A stretch of DNA of 62,711 nt, filler included, from Chiloscyllium plagiosum (lineage: Eukaryota): assembly GCF_004010195.1 (NCBI RefSeq). It is 3 parts of one record of this genome, joined end to end, with 100 filler letters (N's around TTAATTAATTAA, not from the genome) between each part and the next. Parts side by side here need not be neighbours in the genome. Positions count along the whole stretch, not along the records: positions 46,018 to 62,711 come from NC_057715.1; 2 more parts are not named here. One strand, written 5' to 3'. How positions within the stretch are numbered: the stretch's first letter is position 1; each line of letters starts with the position of its first letter. The notes under the pieces were generated by a model. The model did no database searches. It worked only from the letters and a program-made list of their open reading frames with translations, and was not told where the DNA came from. Positions 51,711-62,711 of this stretch are shown in pieces. The position numbers were made by a program, and so were the translations under genes.

Positions 51711-51927
51711 AGGAGAAAGTGAGGTCTGCAGATGCTGGAGATCAAAGTTGAAACTTTATTGCTGGAACAGCACAGCAGGTCAGGCAGCATCCAGGGAACA
51801 GGAGATTCGACGTTTCGGGCACAGGCCCTTCAGGTCATTCCTGAAGAAGGGCCTGTGCCCGAAACGTCGAATCTCCTGTTCCCTGGATGCTGCCTGACCT
51901 GCTGTGCTGTTCCAGCAATAAAGTTTC
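51711..51927. mobile_element. Fold-back PLE insertion
   Basis: AACTAACCTAACCTAC duplicated at about 51694 and 51928; arms meet near 51833. Confidence 0.9.
51837..51872 (+). ncRNA. Best-preserved minimal type I hammerhead ribozyme motif
   Basis: Stem I ATTC/GAAT, core CTGAAGA, stem II GGGC-CTGT-GCCC, GAAA, palindromic ACGT; predicted cleavage after C51868. Confidence 0.85.
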
Positions 51928-52459
51928 AACTAACCTAACCTACCATCAACTCTGCAGCACTTTGAAGAAGAGTCATATTAGATTTGAAATGTTGACTCTC
52001 TTTCTCATTTCACAGATGTTGCCAGACTTGCTGAGTTTCTTCAACAATGTCTGCGTTTGTTTCATATTCCCAGCATCTGCAACATTTTGTTTTTATTCTG
52101 AGACTCATGTTCGGTTAAACACTTTGCTGAAGAAGCCAAAAGCAGCAACTCAATTTTTCCAAACCTGTGACCTCCATGACCAGGATAAAAAAAGACAGTA
52201 GACATAGCAGAACGCCACGACTGGAAGTTCCCTCTAAATCATCCAGCACGTGCACTCTGAGCTATATTGCTCTCTCCTTACTGTTATTGGGTCAAAATAC
52301 TGGAACTGTATTCTGAAAATCACTGTGGTGCCTGTATCACATGAGCCTACAATGGTTCAAGAAAGTGGCTCATCATCACCTTTTCAGATTTAGATTGTTG
52401 AGATAGCTATTGGGAACACAAAATTGCATAATTTAAAAGAAAGGTAGATAGAAAACTTG

Positions 52460-52755
52460 CAGCTGTGGTTAGCACTGTTGCCTCACAGCGCCAGAGACCC
52501 GGGTTCATTTCCCGCTTCAGGCAACTGTCTATGTGAAGTTTGCCCATTCTCCCTGTGTCTGCGTGGGTTTCCTCCGGGCGCGCCGGTTTCCTCCCACAGT
52601 CCAAAAATGTGCGGGTTAGGTGAATTGACCATGCTAAATTGCCCATAGTGTTAGGTCAAGAGGTAAATGTAGGGGAGTGGGTCTGGGTAGGTTGCTCTTC
52701 GGAGGGTCGGTGTGGACTTGTTGGGCTGAAGGGCCTGTTTCCACACTGTAAGTAA
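52460..52755 (+). mobile_element. HE1-type SINE
   Basis: Matches other copies. Confidence 0.9.
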
Positions 52756-54104
52756 ATCAGCTATTTTTAACAAGAAATACATTGCAGCTGCTTGGCTCTC
52801 AGTCGTTTTTTTGGCATGTATGTGTTCCCTGAGTTATTCTTTCACTAAATGTTTCATTCTTCCTGTCAGGGAATTTGTGTAGTATTAGTTGGTGTGATAA
52901 AACTAAATGTAAACTTGAATCTGTTGGCCAAGAGAAAGTGAAAAACTGGAACAAATATAATACCTGGGCCTTTTAGAGTTTCGGAATTATACAGTACAGA
53001 AGGGGATTTTCAGCCCATCAGTCTGCACTAACAAAAATTACTCCAAATCTACATTACACCCACTGGCCCATAGCCTTTAATGGTCTAACATTTCAACTGC
53101 TCTTCCATGGACTCCTTAAAGATTGTGAGGTTTCCCACTTCAGTTATCCTCCCAGGCAGTGTATTCCAGATTCCCACCAACCACTGGTTAGAACGCTTTT
53201 CCCTCATAACATCCTGCCTTTCACCTTAAATTTTGCCCCCCTTGTTATTGAACCTCGAACCAAGTGAAACAATTGCTTTTGATTCACCCTCTATGCCCCT
53301 CTTCATCTCCGACACCTCTATCAATGCCATACCCGCCTCAGCCTTCTCTGGTTATCCAGCTTCTCTTTCAGGCTTTTAGAGTATTTCATATCCAATAAAA
53401 AAGGGTTTGTAACATTTTGTAAAATCATGCAGTAACAAATCCATGAAAATTAATGAGGAGTATTTCACCACATTGACAAAGATCCAGCAGACTCTGATCT
53501 GGATTCACACGTTCTAGAATCTAGATAACAATGGTCTGGGTAATGTTTGTGTTGTCTCTTTGATCAATAAGAAAGAAATAACATGAATGAGAGCACTGCT
53601 GCAAGCGGGAGAGATTCCAATAAGTTGCAATCTTGTACAAGTTGCCATTTCAGCCTTTACTGTTCTCCAGAAGCAGGGAATTCTGCCTTTCTGAGAGGAG
53701 ATGCCAATCAGAGCAGTGCAGGACTGTCAGAGAAAAGCAAATCACACTTGCTTTTCACAGCAGTCAGCTGCTGTATCTTTGCCAGCTGTGGTCGAACCAT
53801 AAGTACATAAGGTAAATGTGAGGTCAGGGAGTGGAAGGAAAGGGTGCCAGACAGTCGAGGGCTGTTAGGGTTCTAGATAAGAAGGGTGTCAGTTGGGTAG
53901 GGTGCTAGGCAGCCAGGTGCCTACAGTGCCAGCTTGGAAGACTGCCAATCGTAAAGTGCAAAGGGGGTAAGGTGCAAGGTGGCAAGGTAAGTGAGTTAGT
54001 GTTTAGGGTAGTTTGGGATGTGGGAGAAATCAAGTCCTGCAGAGGATAGGGAGGGCAGGGAACTCTGGTCTGGCAGTAGCAAAAATATTTTAGAAACAAA
54101 GTCA

Positions 54105-54590
54105 GTCATGAGATGTGGACTTTGCTGGTGCCAGCATTTATTACTTGTACTTAGTTCCCCTTGAGAATGTGGTAGTGAGCTGTCTTTTTGAGCCTCTGCC
54201 GTCCATGTGCTGTCAATAGACACATATTGCTGTTAAGAAGGAGGTTTCCCACCTGACCTACTGTCACAATGTTTATAGGGCTGGTCCACTTCAGTTTCAG
54301 GTCAAAGGTATCTCCTAGAATGTTGCTAGTGAGGGATTTAGTGATGGCAATACCAATGAATGACAAGAGCAATGTAAAATTCTCTCTTGCTAGAAATGCA
54401 TATTGCCTGGCAATTGTGTGACATATATGTCACTTGTCACCCCAAACCTGGGTATTATCCATATCTTGCTACATTTGGATAGGGACTGCTTCAGTTGCAA
54501 ATGGTGCTGATTATTGTGCAATTATCAGAAACATCCAAAACTTCTGACCTTATGATGGAGGGATGATCATTGATGAAACTATTGAAGGTA
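54105..54590 (-). mobile_element. Old CR1/L2-group LINE (family B) 3' fragment
   Basis: Similar to 12970-13750. Confidence 0.7.
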
Positions 54591-56207
54591 ATTAAGAGTT
54601 ATCCACATTTTTGTGGGTCTGGCGTCACATGTAGCCCTAAGCAGGTTATGTGATGTGAGCTGTGTAATATATATATAGATATAAAATTTATTTTTGAGTT
54701 TAAATTTTGAATGAGTGGCATGTGGGTTTTGGCCTATGTGTAAGAGAGAATTTAATAATTAACTTGTCAGGCTTTCTGGAGCCATAATTTATAAACTGAT
54801 GTGTGTGAGAGAGCAACTCCTGGAGTGATTTGATTTTTTTTATTGTGAGAATTTTACAATTGAAGAGAGTAAACACTGAAAAACATGAATTTGCTTTTGG
54901 TTGAAGTCAGTCAAGAGACAGAGCTATGGCAGTATCAGAAATTATGTCTGAGGCCCATCTTGAAGTTAAGATCATCTCACCACATCTTCTATACTTTTTA
55001 CACACAGCGTAGTGAGATTCTCATGAGGCAGAAGCACGTTCTTGGTGGCAATCATTGTTGCTTCCTCAATTCCTTGTTAAACATCTTATTAACAGCCCAA
55101 CTTACCACAGATTGTGATTTTATCAAACCCACCATCCAAACTACTTCAGGAAAATTCTATGGAAATGAGAGCGGGCTCTCGGTGGATGCACCTTGCCACT
55201 GCACCAAAAAACCTTTGTTTTGTATACTGGCATTAACATTTCAGAGCATGGTACATGGGCACCAGCCACATGTACCTCACATCCACAGACATTGGTAATT
55301 GGCATGTGCCAGCCTTTAAGAACCTTCATGGAATATTTCTAACCTACATACAGAATACTTCTGCACTTCAATGCTGCATAGTGGGGCCATATACTCAAGT
55401 CTCATTGTAGTGCTGCTGAGAGGTCAGTTTGTGCTCAGGGACATAAACCTAGCTCTGAGACTGGACCAGGTTACATCTCTTCACTTGGTGTCATAGCACT
55501 CACTCATTTTGAGCCTATCTGGATGCTCGGCATCCCTGCCTTGCAATGCCTTGTCTTTTTGTGCTCTACCCCCTTCATAAGAGATACCAGGCTCATATTA
55601 TTGCTGTTTTTCAAAGCTGTTTGGCACAGATGCAATGGAAGGAAGCTTGTCATAGATGTGAGCAGACTTCAGTCAAATCACTGGGGATAACCTCTGTATA
55701 GAGGGTCCCACACAATAACTCAAGGCAGCCATCAATAGCTTTCTAGGCGGGGCCTGCTCAAGTCAGTCATAGTCATTGGAGGTCACCCACCTTGAGTCTT
55801 TCTACCTTACTGTGACATGTTTTCCTCATGAAATGAAAACGAGAAAAATTTGTTGCACAGCTATTATTGTTTTTGCAGTAACATTGGTCAAAAACACCTT
55901 TGCTCATCTGCCCCTTTCCCTTGACATACAGCAGTCAGATGATCCACTTAGATGCTTTGATCACAAAACAAAAGTTCCTTATGTGGCTTTTTCAAGACAG
56001 CAATATGAATAAAAATATTATATTGAATTTTAAAATATTTCCCTTTTAAAAGTTAAATATATTTTCTGAAGACACTTTAAAGCATGAAAAACATTTCTTT
56101 TTCTCCTTGACACTAGGTAAAGGTATATATTATCATAATGTTCATATTGCATATTTGTTTCTACATTACTTGTACATAAAGGATTGAGTTCAAAGAATTT
56201 GTGAAGA

Positions 56208-56543
56208 GAGTGAGGTCTGCAGATGCTGGAGATCAGAGCTGAAAATGTGTTGCTGGAAAAGCGCAGCAGGTCAGGCAGCATCCAGGGAACAGGATTCCTG
56301 AAGAAGGGCTTATGCCGAAACGTCGACTCTCCTGTTCCCTGGATGCTGCCTGACCTGCTGCGCTTTTCCAGCAACACATTTTCTCCAAAGATGTGCAGGT
56401 CAGGTGAATTGGCCATGGTAAATTGCCCATAGCGTTAGGTGCATTTGTCAGAGGGAAATGGGACTGGGTGGATTACTCTTCAGAGGGTCGGTGTGGACTA
56501 ATTGGGCCTAAGAGCCTGTTTCCACACTGTAGGGAATCTAATC
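56208..56543. mobile_element. Fold-back PLE piece (56208-56383, plus-strand hammerhead 56294-56328) abutting an HE1 SINE 3' half (56384-56543, +)
   Basis: Inverted arms, CTGAAGA..GAAACGTC, HE1 tail ending GAATCTAATC. Confidence 0.85.
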
Positions 56544-57338
56544 AAACATTTATGACTATTGCTGTGCAATAAAGGACAGACCTCAGACCTCAGAACCCCA
56601 AGAACCTGCTAGACCCATAGCAGCCAAAAAATATTGATCTCTTCTACGAAAACAGATGATACAAATGTGAATGAACCAACATTTATTCTAAGATATGTGT
56701 CACCAGATGATGATCTTCCCATCGAATGCTTTCAAACTTGCCTGGGATTAGAAAAGGATAGTGGCGAATGTAAGGTCAATATGATTATACAGTTGACTTC
56801 AGTCAATGCAAGGATAGTCATATGGCAGCTAACCTGGTGAGAAAGTATGGTGGCATGCAGCAAAACTATCAAAAAAAGTAAGTATGTGATCAATATTTCA
56901 TGTGCTAGGCAGTTATTGAATGCTATTAGCTGTGCTGCAGTTGTGTGCTGCCGACATACACTAATATTCTCTTGTTGCTGTGTGATGTATACATTCTTCT
57001 CTGCCTCTGCAAAACTCAACAGAACGCAACTGATTTTTGGGTCCTGCTTCTACTGTCTCAAAGCTTATCACTGACACTTAGTGGGAAGCATGTTCAAAAG
57101 CTATTTCAGTCATAGTTGAGAGTTTTGGTTCAATTATTGATGCTCTTACTCGTCTTCATATTGATCAAAGTGAAAAAGGCAATGTAAGCAGAGACACTGG
57201 CTTCTGCAGGAGAAATTAGAATTTGTTTTCATATTAGAACATTGGAATCATTTTTAAAATCAGTTTCACAAAACCAACAAAGCCCTCAAGGATGCAGATA
57301 GCTCAAAATATTGGTGCAAAGCTTTATATGTCACTCTG

Positions 57339-58797
57339 TCATAGAGTCATAGAGATGTACAACACAGAAACAGACCCTTTGGTCCAATTCTTCTACACCG
57401 ACCAGCTATCCCAACCCAATCTAGTCCCACCTGCCAGCACCTGGCCCATATCCCTCCAAACCCTTCCTATTCATATACCCATCCAAATGCCTTTTAAATG
57501 TTGCAATTTAACAGCCTCCACTACTTCCTCTGGCAGCTCATTCCACACACTTACCACTCTCTGAGTGAAAACATTGCTCCTTAGGTCTCTTTCATATCTT
57601 TCCCCTCTCACCCTAAACCTTTGCCCTCTAGCTCTGGATTCGCCCACCACAGGGCGAATTTATCTATTTATCCTATCCATGTCCCTCATGATTTTATAAA
57701 CCTCTATAAGGTCACCCCCTCAGCCTCCGACACTCCAGGGAAAACAGCCCTAGTCTATTCAACATCTCCCTCTAGCTCAAAACAACCAACCCTGGCAACA
57801 TCCTTGTAAATCTTTTCAGAACTCTTTCAAGTTTCACAACATCTTTCCAGAATTGCATGCAATATTCCAAAAGTGGCCTAACCAATGTCCTGTACAGCCA
57901 CAACATGACCTCCCAACGCCTATACTCTATACTCTGACCAATAAAGGAAAGCATACCAAACGCCTTCTTCACTATCCTATCTACCTGCGACTCCACTTTC
58001 AAGGAGCAATGAACCTGCACTCCAAGGTCTCTTTGTTCAGCAACACTCCTAGTTCCTTACCATTGAGTGTATAAGTCCTGCTAAGATTTGCTTTCCCAAA
58101 GTGCAGCCCCTCGCATTTATCTAAATTAAACTCCATCTGCCACTTCTCAGCCCATTGGCCCATCTAATCAAGATCCTGTTGTAATCTGAGGTAACCTTCT
58201 TCGCTGTCCACGAATTTGGTGTCTTCTGCAAACTTACTAACTATACCTGTTATGTTCACATCCAAATCATTTATATAAATGATGAAAAGTACTGGACCCA
58301 GCGCCGATTCTTGTGGCACTCCACTGGTCACAGGCCTCCAGTCTGAAAAACAACTCTCCACCAGCACTCTCTGTCTTCTATCTTTGAGCCATTTCTGTAT
58401 CCAAATGGTGAATTCCCCCTGTATTCCATGAGATCTAACCTTGCTCACCAGTCTCCCATGGGGAACTTTTTTGAACGCCTTACTGAAGTCCATATAGATC
58501 ACATCTACTGCTCTGCCCTCACCAATCCTCTTTGCTACTTCTTCAAAAAACTCAATCAAGTTTGTGAGATATGATTTCCCACACATAAAGTCATGTTGAC
58601 TATTCCTAATCAGTCCTTGCCTTTCCAAATACATGTACATCCTGTCCCTCAGGATTCCCTCCAACAATTTGCCCACCACCGAGGTCAGGCTCACCGGTCT
58701 ATAGTTCCCTGGCTTGTCCTAACCACCTTTCTTAAACAGTGACACCACGTTAGCTAACCTCCAGTCTTCTGGCATCTCATCTGTGACTATCGATGAT
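57339..58797 (-). mobile_element. CR1/HER1-type LINE, 5' truncated
   Basis: SLTSVVGKLLE, DVIYMDFSKAF, SGVPQES.LGP motifs and CR1 3' tail. Confidence 0.93.
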
Positions 58798-59469
58798 ACT
58801 GTCATAGGGGCTTACAGCATGGAAACAGGCCCTTTGGCCTAACTTGTCAATGCTGCCCAGTTTTCACAACTAAACTAGTCCCATTTGCCTGTGTTTGTCC
58901 ACATCTCTCTATACCTATCCCTTCTATGTACCTGTCCAAATGTTTCTTAAATGACAAAAATTGTACTCGTCTTCACCACTACCTCTGACAGCCAAATCTA
59001 GGCACTCACCATCCTCTATGTGAAAGAGAAATTTTTAATGAAATTGAAGTCAACCAAAACAACCCCTGCCTGGTTAATAATACAGTGAATAAAAGGTGTG
59101 AGTAAAAGGAAAAGAATGAGGAAAAAAGCTTGTGAATGATGGTGATGTACTTAATCCTGATGAAGTATTTTTTTGTCAAGAGTCAAGTTTCAAATGATGA
59201 AGCCAACTTGTGAAGAGAAGAGGAATCATGTACAAAAATATTGTAAATGAATTTTAACTTTTGATTGATTTACGTGCCTTGGAAAGAATCTGTGAGAAGG
59301 TGTAAAACTTCTGAGGAAAGATAACCCTGATTGATTTGTTGGAAGAATAAAACACTTCCCAAATTTACATCATCGAGTCTTAAAGTCATAGAGATGTACA
59401 GCATGGAAACAGACCCTTTAGTCCAATTCATCCATGCCAACCAGATATCGTAAATTAATCTAATCCCAT

Positions 59470-61685
59470 TAGATAAAGGATTGGAAATAAGGCAGGAAAG
59501 GTGACTGAAGTGTCTGTGGGGGAGCACTTTGGGGACAATGATCATAACTCTATTAATTTTAAAATAGTGATGTAAAAGGATAGACCTTATTTTTAAGTTA
59601 ATGTTTGAAATGGGAGGAAGGCCAATTTTCATGGTATTAGGCAAGAACTTTCAAATGTTGCTTGGGGGAATGGATAGTTGCACGTAAAGGTATGGTTGGA
59701 AAGTGGGAAACTTTCAAAAATGAGATAACAAGAGTCCAGAAGCTGTATGTTCCTGTTAGGGTGAAGGGCAAGGCTGGTAAATGTAGGAAATGCTGGATGA
59801 CTAGACAAATTGAGGTTCTGGTCAAGAAAAGGAAAGAAGCATATGTCAGCCATAGATAGCAGGGACTGAGTGAATGCCAAGAATATAAGGGCAGTAGAAG
59901 TATACTCAAGAGGGAAATCAGGAAGGCAAAAAGAGGACCTAAGATAGCTTTGGTAGTTAGAGTTAAGGAGAATCCAAAGGGTAACTAGGGAGACTATAGG
60001 GCCCCCCAAAGATCAGCAAAGCTGCTTGTGTGTGAAACCACAGGAAATTGAGTGAGATGTTAAATGAGTATTCTGCATCAGTGTTTACTGTCGTGAAGAA
60101 TATAGAAAGTAGAGAACTTGGAGAAATAAATAGTAATAACTTGAAAAGTGTCCATACTACAGAGGAGGAGGTACTGTATGTCTTAAAACACATAAAGGTA
60201 GATAAATCCCCAGGACCTGATCAGGTGTCCCTTAGAAATTTGTGAGAAGCTAGGGTGGTGATTGCTGGGCCCCATGCTGAGATATCTGTATCACAGGTAA
60301 GGTACCAGAAGACTGGAGGTTGGCTAATGTAGGGCCACTATTGAAGAAAAGTGGTAAGGAAATGACCAGTGAGTCTGAAATCAGTGGTGGGTAAGTTGTT
60401 GGAGGAGATTCTGAGGGGAGGATTTACATGTATTTGGAAAGGTAAGGACTGATTGGGGATAGTCAACATGGTTTTGTGTGTGGGAAATCATGTCACATTA
60501 ACTTGATTGAGCTTTTTGAAGAAGTAATGAACAAGATTGATGAAGGCAGAGGGTGGACGTGATCTGTATGGACTTCAGTAAGGCATTCGACAAGATTTCG
60601 CCTGGTAGACTGTTTAGTAATATTAGATCACATGGAATACAGGGACAACTAGTCTTTTGGATGCAAAATTGGCTTAATGGCAGGAGACAGAGAGTGGTGA
60701 GGAGAGTTGCTTTTCAGGCTGAAGGCCTGTGACCAGAGGACTGCCACCGGAATCGGTGCTGAGTCCACTAGTTTTTTCTCATTTATATAAATGATTTGAA
60801 TGCGAATATATATGGTTAGTAATTTTGCAGTGACAGTGAAGAAGGTTACCTTAGAGTACAATGGGACCTGGAGCAGATGGGCCGATTGGCCAAGGAGAGG
60901 CAAATGGAGTTTAATTCAGAAAAATGTGAGGTGCTACATTTTGGTCAGGAAAATCAGGGCAGGGCTTAAACACTTAATGGTAAGGTCCTGGGGCATATTG
61001 CTAAACAAAGAGACTGTGAAGTGCAGGTTCATAGCTCCTTGAAAGTTGGGTCACAGGTAGACAGGGTAGTGAAGAAGGTGTTTGGTATGCTTGTCTTTAT
61101 TGGACAGTGCATTGAGTATAGGAGTTTGGAGGTCATGTATGGCTGTACAAGAATACTGCGTGCAATTCTGGTCTCCCTGATAGAGGAAAGGCATTGTAAA
61201 ACTTGAAAGGATGGACAAGGATGTTGCCAGGATTGGGGGGTTCAAGCACTAGGGAGAGGCTGAATAGGCTGGGGCTGTTTTTCCCAGAGTGTTGAAGGCT
61301 GAGGAATGACCTCATAGAGATTTATAAAATCATGACGGTCATGGATAGGATAAATAGACAAAGTCTTTTCCCCAAGGTAGGGGAGCCCAAAAGTAGAGAC
61401 ATAGGTTTAAGGTGAGAGGGGAAGCATTTAAAAGGTATAAGAGGCAACTTTTTCGTGCAGAGTGTGGTACATGTATGGAATGAGCTGCCAGATGAGGTGT
61501 TGGAGTCTCGTACAATTACAACATTTGAAAGTTTTCTGGATGGGTATATGAACAGAGAAGATTTAGAGGGATATGGGCCAAATGCTGGCAAATGGGACTA
61601 GATTAATTTAGAACATCTGGTCAGCTTGGATGAATTAGACCAAAGGGTCTGTTTCTATGCTGTACATGTCTATGACTCTATGATT
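59470..61685 (+). mobile_element. CR1/HER1-type LINE, 5' truncated and degenerate
   Basis: KVDKSPGPD, MDFSKAFDK, KKVFGML motifs; tail TCTATGACTCTATGA. Confidence 0.92.
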
Positions 61686-62237
61686 CGATATTTATGACAT
61701 CTGCATCAAGCCATCATCTAAAATAAGATTCAATTCACTTTCCCTAATGTAGAAACAATATTGCAGCTCTTTTTTAGTCTAATGATAACAAACTGCTCAT
61801 GGCTGAGAAATATCAAGAATGAACTGTGAATAGCAATGTGCAAGAAAAGCTGTTTGTGTGAAACATTATGTGATAAACTTCACCACTTATCATCATTAGC
61901 GACTTTACTTTCCAAAAATGACAAAAGAAATGCTTTAAATTTTGTGCAAGTTGTTTCCATTTAGTAAGTGCTGATCTGTGTAATTGCTCAATTGTTGTTG
62001 ATTTCATGTTACTGATTAAGAAGTCAGAAATTATTGTCAAATGAAAGCATTGTGATTCATGTAATGTATACATATTTTTGTTAGATAATTAATTTTTCAC
62101 TGTAACCTCAATTTACATTGTTATTTCTGTTAGGAGTTTTTTTTATATTTGGTAATGTTATGGGGGCTTCTTAAGCTTTAGCTATCTTTGGATCTCAATA
62201 TGTCATAATCCAGATTTGGTAACAAGGTTTGCAATGG

Positions 62238-62577
62238 CAGTCAGGGTTGGGGTTGATGACTGGAGATGCCGATGGTGGCCCAGAGATTGTAGAGTCACAG
62301 AGTCATAGAGACATAGAGCACAGAAACAGACACTTTGGTTCAACTCATCCATGCTGACCAGATAATCTAACCTAATCTGGTCTCATTTGCCAGCACTTTG
62401 CCCATATCAGTCAGGGTTGGGGTTGATGACTGGAGATGCCGATGGTGGCCCAGAGATTGTAGAGTCACAGAGTCATAGAGACATAGAGCACAGAAACAGA
62501 CACTTTGGTTCAACTCATCCATGCTGACCAGATAATCTAACCTAATCTGGTCTCATTTGCCAGCACTTTGCCCATAT
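62238..62577. repeat. 170-bp tandem duplication
   Basis: 62238-62407 repeated at 62408-62577 with no visible difference. Confidence 0.92.
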
Positions 62578-62711
62578 ACCTCTAAACTCTTCCTATTCAT
62601 ATACCCATCCAGATGCCTTTTAAAATGTTGTAATTGTACCAGCTTCCACCACTTCCTCTGGCAGCTCATTCCATACACGTACCACCCTCTGCATGAAATA
62701 TTTGCCCCTTA
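62290..62711 (-). mobile_element. CR1/HER1-type LINE 3' end, continues beyond the window
   Basis: Same 3' UTR as the 57339 copy. Confidence 0.88.

Larger units (their letters stand above)
56570..62218 (+). mobile_element. hAT-superfamily (Tip100/ZMYM1-like) transposon fossil in three pieces
   Basis: 56600-57338 TFILRYV..KYGGMQ..MYTFFSAS..TDT*W..LEFVFILEHW; 59025-59378 KRRGIMYKNIVNEF; 61690-61940 FPNVETILQLFFSLMITNCS..LRNIKNEL (hATC-like). Confidence 0.8.

Noticed and set aside
28671..56432. Recurrent short ORFs such as MLPDLLRFSSNTF and MLEIRAENVLLEK
   Set aside because: Translations of non-coding PLE pLTR and HE1 sequence
5928..56543. tRNA genes
   Set aside because: The A/B-box sequences are SINE heads attached to SINE bodies

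Overview
Repeat-dense cartilaginous-fish genomic DNA, most likely a shark (inferred from HE1-type SINEs and CR1/HER1-type LINEs). It is not prokaryotic and has no CRISPR array. Near 3.8-4.1 kb there is a CpG-rich bidirectional promoter (X-box, E-box and ETS motifs) between two divergent first coding exons. The minus-strand exon resembles CCDC169. The plus-strand coiled-coil gene is unidentified and has a phase-matched second exon at 12138-12235. The rest is mostly layered transposon fossils: an L1-clade LINE, two CR1-type LINE families, SINEs, putative solo LTRs, a Rex1/Babar fragment, Harbinger elements and a hAT transposase split by later CR1 insertions. Two patterns stand out. First, about 20 short Penelope-like (PLE) insertions, most carrying minimal hammerhead ribozyme motifs; they often form fold-backs with 11-18 bp target duplications and repeatedly start right at the ribozyme. 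Second, a 3.5-kb array of about 148 24-bp units that appears to have grown in frame inside a Harbinger Myb/SANT ORF. Two 100-bp scaffold gaps contain an artificial TTAATTAATTAA pad. Family calls come from manual motif recognition without database searches, and repeat boundaries are approximate.
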